Under the pieces are notes generated by a model. It was not told the origin of the DNA. It saw nothing but the letters and a program-made list of their open reading frames with translations, and ran no database searches. From contig NC_057711.1 of NCBI RefSeq assembly GCF_004010195.1, positions 81,831,549 through 81,895,548 of the forward strand: a DNA stretch of 64,000 bases. Direction: 5' to 3'. This DNA is from Chiloscyllium plagiosum (Eukaryota). A program made the translations under genes and the position numbers. Within the stretch, counting starts at the first letter, position 1, and every line of letters starts with the position of its first letter. This document shows positions 36,325 through 47,383 of this stretch, piece by piece.

Positions 36325-37035
36325 TACAAGGCCCAAGTCAGAAGCGTGACAGAATGCTCCCCATTTGCCTGGACTGGTGCAGCTGCAACATCACTCAAGT
36401 AGATTGATAATATCCAGGACAAAGCAGCCTGCTTGTTTGGCACCACATCCACACCCTCTACCATCCTCAACAGCCATGGTGTGGAGGTACCATTGTTGGA
36501 CTGGGGGACACAGTTTAAAAAAAAATCACAACACCAGGTTATAGTCAAACAGGTTTACTTGGAAGAACAGCTTTTGGCATGCTAGCTAGCTACCTGACCA
36601 GGGAGCAGCAATCTGAAAACCTGTACTTCGAAATAAACCTGCTGAGCTTTAACCTGGTGTTGTGTAATTTTTAACTTCATCCTCAACAGCAGCAGTGTGT
36701 ACTACCTACAAATGCATGGCAGAAATCCAAAGATCCTTAGAAAGCACCTTCCAAACTTACAATCATCTAAAAGGAAGCAGATATTGGAGGTCCTCACAAC
36801 CTGCAAGCTCCCCTCCAAGTCATTTACCATCCTGGCTCGGAAAGATATTGCCTTTTCTTCACTGTCACTAGATCAAAACCCTGAAATTGCTCCCTAACAG
36901 CATTGTGGGTTAAATGCAGTGCATGGCCTGCAGTGATTCAAGAAGGCAGCTCACCACCACATTCTCAAGGTCAATCATAGATAGGCAAAAAGGGTTGGCC
37001 AGCCAGCAATGCCCACATCCCACAAATGAAGTTTA
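36325..37035 (+). mobile_element. LINE family B 3' fragment with nested old Penelope fold-back (family B, ~36480-36680)
   Basis: Family 3' block and tail; insert has ACAACACCAGGTTA...TAACCTGGTGTTGT inverted arms. Confidence 0.7.
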
Positions 37036-38052
37036 AAAATGTTGTCAGAATCCATAGTCATGGCAGTATCCAGTGCCTCCAGATATTTGTTAATTTCAGA
37101 TAGAGTGAATCTATTTGGCTGAATACTGGGATCTGTGATACCAGATCCCCCTCTGCAGGAAATGAAATGGATTATCCACTCAGCAATTCTGGCTGAAGAT
37201 TGCTGCAAATGTTTAAGCCTTATCTTTTGCACTGAATAACAACAGCAATAGAAATCAGGAAGAGTATCTCAAATCAGGCAAAAGGCTAAGACTGGAATAA
37301 GATAGCTGATTGGAAGCAGGAGGAAAGGATGGCAAGCTGCACTAAAACAAATAATAACATTTTCTTCAAACATATTAATAGCAAAAGATTAGCAAAGAAT
37401 AGAGTGGAGCCTCATAAGGAACAGGAAGAGTAAGCTGCTACCTGAAGCCAAGGGTATGATAGAGGTACTAAATGAATACTTTGCTTCTGTCTTTTCCAAA
37501 TTAGAAAATGGTGACAATGACCCAGTTGAAAACGTGGGTGTTGAGTAACAGCAGTGTAGTGATAGATGAAGAAGAGGTGCTTAAAAACACTGGTTGCTCT
37601 CCAAGTAGAGAAATCGCCAGGCTCAGCTGGGATGCATCCTAGATTACTGAGAAGGGTAAGGGAGCAAATTGCAGAACTGATAGCAGAAACTTTCCAGGTC
37701 TCTCTAAAGTCAGGATTCATCCCAAGGGCATGAAGATTTCCAAATGTACTGCCGTTGTTTAAGGCAAAAGGTAATCCAGGAAATGATAGACCTGTCTGTC
37801 TGACTCAATTGCGGGAAAATTGATGGAGGCCGTAATATGGGAGAAGATAAACATACACCTTAGAGAAAATTAAGCTTATATTGGATAATCAACATGGCTT
37901 TGGCAAGTGCAGGTTATATCTGCCAAATTTAATTGAGTTCTTTGATAAGGTGACATGGGCAGTGGATGAGGGTAGCGCGACAGTTGTTGTCTATTTGGAC
38001 TTTCAGAAAGCATTTGATATGGTGTCACATAGCAAGTTGGTTAGAAAGTTCT

Positions 38053-38572
38053 GAGAAAAAGTGAGGACTGCAGATGCTGGAGACCAGAGTCAAAAGGTGT
38101 GGTGTTGGAAAAGCACAGCAGGTCAGGCAGCATCCGAGAAGTAGGAGAATTGATGTTTCAAGCATGAGTTCTTTATCAGGAATGAGGGGGTGGCCCAAGG
38201 GGATTGAGAGATAAAGGNNNNNNNNNNNNNNNNNNNNNNNNNNNNNNNNNNNNNNNNNNNNNNNNNNNNNNNNNNNNNNNNNNNNNNNNNNNNNNNNNNN
38301 NNNNNNNNNNNNNNNNNNNNNNNNNNNNNNNNNNNNNNNNNNNNNNNNNNNNNNNNNNNNNNNNNNNNNNNNNNNNNNNNNNNNNNNNNNNNNNNNNNNN
38401 NNNNNNNNNNNNNNNNNNNNNNNNNNNNNNNNNNNNNNNNNNNNNNNNNNNNNNNNNNNNNNNNNNNNNNNNNNNNNNNNNNNNNNNNNNNNNNNNNNNN
38501 NNNNNNNNNNNNNNNNNNNNNNNNNNNNNNNNNNNNNNNNNNNNNNNNNNNNNNNNNNNNNNNNNNNNNNNN
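38053..38572 (-). mobile_element. Penelope 3' fragment, family A (mostly in gap 38218-38572)
   Basis: Same terminal sequence as 47384-47571 and 44744-44961; hammerhead core decayed. Confidence 0.7.
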
Positions 38573-39241
38573 TCGGGGGTGGGGAAATGATGTGAGTGCA
38601 GGGACAGAGATGAGAGGTGAAAGTGGAGTTGTGGGCACAAGGACAGAGGTGAGAGGTGAGCTGTGGGCACAGGGATGGAGGTGGGGGGGGGGGGGGGAAA
38701 GAGGGGGAGGGTGTGGGTGCAGGGACGGAGGTCTGTTACATCAAGTATAACAAGGAGGTGATGCTGCACCTCTACAAATCATTCATTAGATCACATTTGG
38801 AGTATTGTGTTTAGTTCTGAATACCTCATTTAAAGCAGCCCTGGAGAGTTTGCAAAGAATATTTACTAGAATGATACCCGGAATTAGGGATTTTAGATAG
38901 AAGGCAAAATTCGATAAACTATGCTTATTCTCCTTGGAACAGAGAAGATAAAGAGGTGACCTTATTAAAGTATTTAAATATTACGAACAATTTTGACAGG
39001 ATAAAAGAGGATATTTTGTTTCCACTAGTTGGTAGGTGCATGTCTAGGGGTCACAATTTCAAGACTGTCGGCAAGAGAGTGAGAAGTGAAATGAGAAAAA
39101 TCTTCTTCACTCAGTAGTTAGGATTTGAAATACACTGCCTGGGAGAATGATGGAAGCAGAGTCAATAGTTGGTTACAAAAGAGAGCTGGATGTATATTTG
39201 AAAGTGAAGTTAGAGAGTTACAGAGATAGGGGTAGAGAATT

Positions 39242-39501
39242 TGTGCTGCAGACGTTTCGTTCCGTCTAGGTGACATCCTCAGTGCTTGGGAGCCCCCTGT
39301 GAAGCGCTTCTGTGATCTTTCCTCCGGCATAACCACTATAAATGGCGGAGGAAACATCACAGAAGCGCTTCACAGTAGGCTCCCAAGCACTGAGGATGTC
39401 ACCTAGACAGGGGACGAAACGTCTGCAACACAAATTCCCAGCTCGGCGAACAGAACCACAACAACGAGCACCCGAGCTACAAATCTTCGCACAAACTTTG
39501 A
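39242..39501. mobile_element. Penelope-derived fold-back element, family C
   Basis: ~90-bp inverted arms around ~39335; flanked by 16-bp direct repeat ATAGGGGTAGAGAATT (39226-39241, 39502-39517). Confidence 0.85.
39387..39426 (+). ncRNA. Minimal type I hammerhead ribozyme motif
   Basis: GCA-CTGAGGA-T-GTC acctagacaggg GAC-GAAA-C-GTC-TGC: intact core boxes, stem I GCA/TGC, stem II GTC/GAC, ACGT palindrome, GUC triplet. Confidence 0.7.
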
Positions 39502-39759
39502 ATAGGGGTAGAGAATTGTGTGAGCTGGGCAGCTCTAGCAGGAACCGGTACAGACAAGATGGGTTAAACAATCCCTTTTGCACTGCAAATTTCTATGACT
39601 CTATGATGACCTGGGCTCCCTCAGTATTGAGGATGGGAACATTTGTGAAGCCTCCTCCTCCAGTGAGTAGTTTACTTATCCACATGGTAGTGCTCATGTG
39701 TTAATTTCCTTTACTATTTGGGGCACCATTTCATATTAGAATTAGATTTTATTGTCATG

Positions 39760-40215
39760 TATTCTGTCTGGCTGTATCACTACCTTGTATGGCAACTGTA
39801 CCGTTCAAGATCGGAGACGGTTACAGAGAGTGGTGAACTCAGCCCGGACAATCACAAAGGCCAACCTCCCATCTATAGAATCTATCTACCAGGCCCGCTG
39901 TCAAGGAAAGGCTGCCAGTATTCTTAAAGACCTATCCCACCCTGGCAATGTTTTTCTACAACCTCCATCATTGGTGAGAAAGTACAGAAGCCTGAAGCAC
40001 CAGCCGGTTTAGTAACAGTTTCTACCCCACTGTTGTTAGAATACTGAATGGACTCACAAACTCTTAACATTCACCTGTACCTGTGTTTTTGTTTTTGCCA
40101 CTGTTTACCTATTATCTACTATCTATGTTACTTAACTCTGATCTGCCTGTGTTGCTCACAAGACAAAGCTTTTCACTGTGCCTCGATACACATAACAATA
40201 AATTCAATTGAATTA
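39760..40215 (+). mobile_element. Rex1/Babar-type LINE 3' fragment
   Basis: ILSGCITTLYGNCTVQDRRRLQRVVNSARTITKANLPSIESIY and 3' tail AAAGCTTTTCACTGT...AATAAATTCAATT. Confidence 0.8.
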
Positions 40216-40388
40216 AATTCCCTTCAAGTATTGGAATATAGGAGTACAGAGAAGAGTCTATGTTACTTAACTCTGATCTGCCTGTGTTGCTCACAAGACA
40301 AAGCTTTTCACTGTGCCTCGATACACATGACAAATTCAATTGAATTAAATTCCCTTCAAGTATTGGAATATAGGAGTACAGAGAAGAG
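40122..40388 (+). repeat. Local tandem duplication, ~135-bp unit x2
   Basis: 40122-40256 and 40257-40388 nearly identical. Confidence 0.9.
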
Positions 40389-41119
40389 TGTATAAATTGC
40401 CATTCTCCGGCTCCATCTTTGTTACAAGACCAAGAAAAAGCAGCAGAAATAAAAGAAAGCCAAAAGCTAACAAGGTAAAGATCTTAAAATCTATGTCTAA
40501 CTCCATAAAGGTGTTAGAAACGCTCAGCCACTGATGCAAGGACCCAGGCTGAGCCATGGCCTGAAGTCTAGGCCAACCAGCCTGTCTCGAAGCAATCACT
40601 GGAGGAGCTGCATTGGCTGCCTGCAATCGACAGGAGGCTGCTATTATTCAGCACATGGCCCCTTCTCATGCCGTGCTGAAGCTGCTCATTAACCTACTGC
40701 AAAAGGCTAAAGAAAAGAAAAAACAGCGAAAGTATTTTTAGAAAGCAGATGGGAGTATACGAGCCCTGGACTCAGGAGTGTGCACACAGTCCTGTTACTC
40801 TGCAGCTATGTTGGAGAACCTGTGAAGTGCGACGGGTATCTTCTGATTGTACATTTTGTACACAAAAAAAATCCAGCAAAAGTTGATCATATGGTCCCAT
40901 CGAGCCTGTTCTACCACTGAATACGTGACCTTGGGTTTTGATTGCACTTTCTATTTCCTGAGAGTTCATAAGTCAATCACATTGAAAATTCACAAACAGT
41001 GAAGAAATCAGTTTAACAACTACTTGTAATGCTAATCTGCATTCAGAAAGTAACAAGCAATAATTATTAACCAAGTGTTTTTATGAATCAAGGAGCTGAA
41101 AAAGACAAACACATCTTAC

Positions 41120-41173
41120 CGATGGTTTAGAGTTTAATGATTGAGATCCTTCAGTGCACAGTGACTGTAGCAT
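41120..41173 (-). CDS. First coding segment (exon 2 = 41267-41120) of unidentified zinc-ribbon protein gene
   Basis: Acceptor ttctttctgtag before 41267, donor gtaaga after 41120; ATG 41173 with in-frame TAA 12 nt upstream; MLQSLCTEGSQSLNSKPS ends in phase 0, matching the big exon. Confidence 0.75.
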
Positions 41174-41532
41174 TTTATCCTCTTACTGCATTCACAAATT
41201 CAGCATCTGACATAAAACCACTGTTGGCGAAGATTGAGTGAAACAGAAATGAATACCAAATTTAATGCTACAGAAAGAAGACAGCATAAAGTATTAAGAT
41301 ACCAAGAGGGAATCATCAGGCATCATACTTCATGTTTTAAAGTTGGAAACAGCTGACTTATGTGGTGTATTAACAACTACTGCAACTTCAAAAATAATCT
41401 GAAGAAGTATCTCAGTCACCACAGTAACACACAAATCAGACTACTGTCCCTTACCTTGTATCTAAAATCCCTAATTCCTGGTATCATTCTAGTAATTTTT
41501 TTTTGCATACTCTCCAGGGCTTCTTTAAATGA

Positions 41533-41890
41533 TGTTAAAAATCACAACACCAGGTTATAGTCCAACAGATTTAATTGGAAGCACTAGCTTTCAGAGCCCT
41601 GCTCCTTCATCAAGCAGCGCTCCGAAAGCTAGTGCTTCCAATTAAACCTATTGGACTAAAACCTGGCGTTGTGTGCTTTTTAACTTTGTACACTCCAGTC
41701 CAACACCAGCATCTCCAAATCATGACTACCATTGACACTTCTTTAGAGCCCTGCTCCTTCATCAAGCAGCGCTCCGAAAGCTAGTGCTTCCAATTAAACC
41801 TATTGGGACTAAAACCTGGCGTTGTGTGCTTTTTAACTTTGTACACTCCAGTCCAACACCGGCATCTCCAAATCATGACTACCATTGACA
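41533..41890. mobile_element. Penelope fold-back element, family B, with internal ~155-bp tandem duplication
   Basis: Inverted arms GTTAAAAA..CACAACACCAGG / CCTGGCGTTGTGTG..TTTTTAAC; right part repeated twice; CTTCTTTAAATGA on both flanks. Confidence 0.8.
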
Positions 41891-42319
41891 CTTCTTTAAA
41901 TGAGGTACCCAGAACTGAACACAATACACCAAATATCATCTAATGAATGATTTGTAGAGGTGCAGACTCACTTCCTTGTTATAGTCGATGTAACCGATCT
42001 CACCTTTGTCCCTGTGCCCACAGCACCACCCTCACCTCCATCCCTATGCCCACATCTCCCCACTTACCTCCATCCCTGTGCCCACACCTCCCTCCTCACC
42101 TTGGAGAATGGTTGAGTAAGTTTGTCAAAACAAATGGAGGTTAATGCTATGATAAGGTCCACGTCTGTCATAACCTCAAACAGAAATTCATAAAGTATTA
42201 GCCTGGACAGTTTGAAATTCAATAATTTTATTTTTACACAGTCTTGTTTTCTTTTAACACCTTAAGTAGGTGTTTAGAATTAAAATTGTATCATGGGAGA
42301 GGAATGTGATGTCGGGGTG

Positions 42320-42770
42320 ATAGAGGAATGGGCAAGGATATTCCAGAGGGAACTGTCCCTTCAGAATACTGACAGAGGAAAGTATATTTGGTGGTACCTT
42401 TCCATTTGATTGTACGAGCTGTAATAATTGCCATTTTACCTCCACCATCCTCACTGTTCAAGTGCCCAAACACCACTTCCAGATGAAGCAGCAATTTACT
42501 TGTACTTCGATCAATATGGTTTACTGTATTCACTGTTCCCAATGTAGTTCTTCAACACTGATAAAGTAAAACTGGTTGAGCATTTTGCCAAACACTCCAC
42601 TCAGCATAATCTTGGCCTTCTGGTCAGTTGTCATTTAATACATCATCTTGTGTAATGCTCATATTTCTGTCCTGCATTGTTCCAGTGAAACACAAAGCAA
42701 GCCACAGCAACACCACCTCATTTTCTGCTTAAGATCTTTATAGCCTTCTGGATTCATGTTCAACAACTTC
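42320..42770 (+). mobile_element. Old Penelope GIY-YIG fragment
   Basis: FQMKQQFTCTSINMVYCIHCSQC remnant at ~42478-42546, similar to 43630-43930. Confidence 0.65.
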
Positions 42771-43002
42771 TGGTGGTGGAGGGAGTAGATGTTTGTGGAT
42801 GTGGTGTTAGTCAAGCAGGCTTCTTTGTTCAAGCTTGAGTGGTTTTGGAGCTGCACTCACTGAGGCAAACGGGACGTATTTCATCATACTCTGACTTCTG
42901 CCTTGTAGATGGTGGACAGGTTTTGGGGAGTCAGGAGGTGAGTTGTCCACTGCAGTATTCCTAGCCTTTGACCTGTTGTTGCTGCCACTGTATTTATATA
43001 CA

Positions 43003-43932
43003 GACAAAAAAAACTGCAGATGCTGGAATCCAAAGTAGACGAGGTGGAGGCTGGGAGAACACAGCAAGCCAGGCAGCATCGGGAAGTGGAGAAGTCAATG
43101 TTTCAGGTGTAAGCCTTCTTCAAGACTGGGGTGGGTGTAAGGGGAGCTAGATAAAGGGGGTTGGGGGGCCAGGGTGGTGAGGTGGGGATAGATGAATACA
43201 GATAGAGGGTACGACCTGGTTGGTCAATGGAAGGAATAAATCAGGTTGGTGGCTGGAAGGAAGGGTCGATGAGAGGAATGGAAGGGAGGGGGAGAGGGTA
43301 TGAAAGGAGTCAGGTGCTGGGAAGGGAGGTTATTTGAAATTGGAGAACTCAATGGTGACACTTTACTAGATTGGATTACTTAGTGTGGAAACAGGCCCTT
43401 CGGCCCAACAAGTCCACACCGACCCTCCAAAGAGCAACCCGTCCAGACCCATTCCCTTCACCTAACACTACTGGCAATTTAGCATGGCCAATTGACCTAA
43501 CCTATACATTTTTGGACTGTGGGAGGAAACCCACGCAGACATGGGGAGAATATGCAAACTTCACACAGACAGCCTGAGGCTGGAATTGAACCTGGGTCTC
43601 TGGTGCTGTGAGGTAGCAGTGCTAACCACTGTGCCAACATGCTGCCCTCTGGGCTGTAGGCTGCCCAGGCGAAAGATGAAATGTTGTTCCTCCAGTTTGT
43701 GGTCTGATTCATTGTGGCAATGGAAGAGGCCAAGGATGGTCATGTTGGAAAGGGAATGGGAAGGGGATTTAAGTGGCAGAGACTGGGAGGTTAAGTTGGC
43801 CCCTGCAGACCCAGCTGAGATGCTTGGTGAAATGCTCCTTAGCTTACATTTGGTCTCCCCAATGTAGAGAAGACCACATCGAGAGCACAGAATACAGTAA
43901 ACTAGGTTGGAGGAGAGGCAGCTGAACCTCTA
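43003..43932 (-). mobile_element. Penelope 3' fragment with GIY-YIG endonuclease remnant
   Basis: RFSCLSSNLVYCILCSRCGLLYIGETK and TILGLFHCHNESDHKLEEQHFIFRLGSLQP; C/T-rich 3' UTR; decayed hammerhead near 43095-43125. Confidence 0.85.
43367..43643 (-). mobile_element. HE1-like V-SINE nested in Penelope
   Basis: A/B boxes, core and tail as in 26947-27266. Confidence 0.85.
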
Positions 43933-44164
43933 TTTATATGGCTAGTCCAGTTCGGTTTCTTGTCAATAGTAATCCTCAGAATGTTGATAGTGGGGGATTC
44001 AGCAATGGTAAATGTTAAGGGGAGACAGTTAGATTGTCTTTTAATTTAGATAGTGATTGCCTGGCATTTGTGTAGCACTTGTGACTCCTCTTCCCCACCT
44101 TCCCACCCACCCCGCCACCCACCAGCCAAACAAGGCCTGACTCCCCCACACCTAATCAGGCTTA

Positions 44165-44580
44165 AGAAACTCAGTAGGTGTGGCAGCACCTGAGGAGAAC
44201 AGAAACAGAGTTAATGATTTGAATCCAGTATAACTGTTTTTCAGAACACTCCTGACTTGTCCCTTGTTTATTTTGCACTCGGTAGAAAGGACTAATTATT
44301 TCCCTCTTGCACATTAAATTTACACCCAGTTTCTCTCTCTCTCTCTCTCTTCTTTCTCCATTATTAACAGTCCCTATGTCTTTTTGCACTGGGCCCATCT
44401 ACACTATCTGCCCTCTTGATCCTCCTCTGCCTCAGTCAAAAGTATCAAAAAGAAACATTTTTCCAACACTTTTCAATCCTAAAAGACAATCATGCCAGAT
44501 TCAAAACATTAACTCTGTTTCTCTCTCCACAAATATTGCCAGACCTGCTGAGTTTCTCCAGCATGTTCCATTTTTGTTAT
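44165..44580. mobile_element. Old Penelope-like terminal sequence with inverted partial copy
   Basis: 44165-44245 is a diverged reverse complement of 44470-44560 (GAAACAGAGTTAATG / CATTAACTCTGTTTC). Confidence 0.55.
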
Positions 44581-44743
44581 CCTTAACTTGCTTAGATAGT
44601 GATGGTTAACCCTTGCCATTGTTCGAACCCTTCCTCCTCACTGGAAAACATATTTCCTGTGAGCCATGAACTATTTTCTTAAACATCTGTCATTGTTCCT
44701 CAACCAGCTTTGCTGCCAACCTCCTGCTCCAGTCCATTCCAGC

Positions 44744-44961
44744 TGAAAATGTGTTGCTGGAAAAGTGCAGCAGGTCAGGCAGCATCCAAGGAACAGGAGA
44801 ATTGACGTTTCGGGCATAAGCCCTTCTTCAGGAATGATTCCTGAAGAAGGGCTTATGCCCAAAACGTCGATTCTCCTGTTCCTTGGATGCTGCCTGACCT
44901 ACTGCGCTTTTCCAGCAACACATTTTCAGCTCTGATCTCCAGCATCTGCAGTCCTCACTTT
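44744..44961. mobile_element. Penelope fold-back element, family A
   Basis: ~90-bp near-perfect arms around ~44836; 17-bp flanking direct repeat CTCCAGTCCATTCCAGC (44727-44743, 44962-44978); minus-strand core CTGAAGA-A-GGGC ttat GCCC-GAAAC-GTC intact. Confidence 0.88.
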
Positions 44962-45969
44962 CTCCAGTCCATTCCAGCCAACTCTATCAATTGTTCTGAC
45001 TTAAGTTGAGCTCAATTGTTTCCAACCCATGTTCCTCCCTTCAAAACTGAACACTAAATTCCACCACTATTTGAGGGTGACATCATTCATTAAAATTGCC
45101 TCATTACATATTACCAGATGCAAAATTAGCCTGATCCCTAGTTGGATCCACAACATATTATTCTGGGAAACGGTCTCAGATACAATCTATAGGTGGTTAC
45201 TCATGACTTCCTCTGCAATCTGATTATCCCAATCTATACAAAGATTAAAGTACTGCCTTTATTACATGCTCTCATTGTCTCCTGATTTAGATTCAGTCCC
45301 ATCATATACCTACTGTTTGGAGGCTACTTCTACCAGTGTCTTCCTTCTCTTTTTAATTTCTTACCTCCACTGTACAGATTCTACATCTTCTGATTCAAGA
45401 TCATTTTTGCCATTACACGTATTCCAACCTGCATTAACAACAACTCCATCACCCTTTTCTTCCTGCCTGTCCTTTTGAAAAGTCATAGGCCCCAAACATT
45501 TGGTTCCCAGCTTTGATTTTCTTGAAACCAAGTCTCCAAATGGCTTTAAGATTATACCCAGTAAGCTGCAGGTGAACAGTTAATTCATCAATTTTATTCT
45601 GAACACCACATACATTCAAGAAAAGAGGCATTAATTTTGTCTTTTTATCATTCCTTCCCCCCTCCCCACTTTGACTCTAATTACCACTCAGTTTACATAC
45701 TTTCTCCCTACTTGTCCTACTTTGGTTTTATTATCCAAATAGCTGTCCTGTAATTCTGCCATAATTCTTGCTTTTAAAATCTACATTTCTCCTCTTCCAT
45801 CCTTCCCCACCTCTGATTTATATAAAACATTGTCTACAACTTTACTATACAAAAAAAGTTCAGTTATGTGCTAAGCCATTTCTACATTAGTGTACACTCA
45901 AGTCGCTCTCCTGCACTTCCTTTCATATGGTCATGCTGGCACCTTCCTATCAAACTGAATCCTAGTCTT

Positions 45970-46220
45970 GATTAGATTATCAGTTACAGTGTGGAAACAG
46001 GCCCTTCGGGCCAACAAATCCACACCGACCCGCCGAAGCGCAACCCACCCAGAACCATTCCCTACATTTACCCCTTCACCTAACACTAGGGCAATTTAGC
46101 ATGGCCAATTCACCTAACCTGCACATTTTTGGACTGTGGGAGGAAACCCACGCAGACACGGGGAGAATGTGCAAACTCCACACAGTGAGGCGGGAATTGA
46201 ACCCGGATCTCTAGCGCTGT
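45970..46220 (-). mobile_element. HE1-like V-SINE, 5'-truncated
   Basis: B-box, core with deletions and tail as other copies. Confidence 0.85.
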
Positions 46221-46299
46221 GTTCTCCGAATGAACCTTCAGCCACCACTTCCCCGCTGTGATCCTTTTGAAGCTCTACACCATCCACCTCACAGTTCCA

Positions 46300-46620
46300 A
46301 GTGTGGTGTTACCTGCAAACGCGGAACCCGTGCCCTGTACACCGAAGCCTGGCTCTTGAATACACATATCAGGGAGAGAGCAGGAGTCCCTCTCTGCACA
46401 GCACCCCGCAGCGAGACACGCTACCGGCTCCACGTGACCCTGTGTATCCAGCCGTTTCCATGGCTGCGGGCACGTGGTACCCCCCGGGAGTTCCGTGAAG
46501 GGGCGGGGAAGCTGCTATCTCTTTATTACGGCTCTTCATTAGGTAAGGCGTTCCCTTTCGATAAAAGAGTTTATTCCAGGAGGTGAGGAGCTGGGCTCGC
46601 CGCCTCCTGACAATAAAATG
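46300..46620. promoter_or_regulatory. CpG-rich, probably bidirectional promoter
   Basis: Non-repeat CpG cluster; E-boxes CACGTG 46431-46436 (GGTCACGTGG on minus) and 46471-46476; X-box-like GTTTCCATGGCTGC 46454-46467; GGGGCGGGG 46500-46508; outward-facing splice donors at 46312 (-), 46543 and 46583 (+). Confidence 0.7.
46313..46460 (-). other. Putative non-coding exon 1 of minus-strand gene (5' end uncertain)
   Basis: CAG|gtaaca donor after 46313 at the edge of a CpG-rich unique segment, upstream of exon 2. Confidence 0.6.
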
Positions 46621-47383
46621 ATCACCAGTGTGTAATCTGTTGTCTATAGGAGTTAAATGCAGTTATCTCATAGTCAGCCATTGTTTCAGAGTAATAAACG
46701 GTGGCTGATAATCTGTGTGCATCCAATATCATTCGGTTTAACATGACTTATTCTTCTCAAATCACCGTCGGCTCGACTTACCCCAGTGAGCCTCTCCCCA
46801 GCGATAATTACTCTGCTGGAACAGACACTGCTCATTCCCTAGAACTGACCGTTATACTTACCTGAACAGGGCTATTCAAGCACAGAGGACTCGGCCAGGG
46901 CCATTACTGTTGATTTGCCTCACCAGGTAGGCTCCAGAAGCCAAATCTGCTATTTCCAAGAGTACATACTTTTCTAGATGTTGGAACAAGGAAGACGAGG
47001 CAACTATAACAAAGCGACGCCTAGATTTACAGACCAGTATGCTGGGCGAGGGGGATATTGAGAAGCTGAGAGGGGATGACAGGGTACCTGTGAGTTCGTG
47101 GAGCTGAGTGTGAGGAAATGAGAACGTGCATAGGGGGGAGCCTTAGCCTGTGAATCCTCCTCGTTTTTGCTGGCTGCTGAAGTTTTGCTTCTTGCTGTGT
47201 GGACATTCATTGTAAGAACTGTTGCTAGTTCAAGCAGTAGCAGGAGAGATGTAGATGAGCTGGAATCAAGGGTGTACCCAAATGGATGTTCGGCCAGTAA
47301 CGGGGGGTAATTAATTTGTGGACAAGTCACCGGTTAGTGATCGCAAAGGCCTTCTGTCTGGCAACAGTCATAGAATAGTACAG

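Larger units (their letters stand above)
37230..39607 (+). mobile_element. Degenerate CR1 LINE ORF2 and 3' end with two nested Penelope elements
   Basis: KSPGSAGMHPR, VYLDFQKAFD, LEYCV and LFSLEQRR-coding remnants; TTCTATGACTCTATGA tail at ~39590-39606. Confidence 0.85.

Noticed and set aside
38672..38720. G-run / G-quadruplex-like tract
   Set aside because: Low-complexity sequence next to a gap; no supporting context.
47004..47330. 108-aa minus-strand ORF near promoter
   Set aside because: No recognisable domain or splice link; likely chance.
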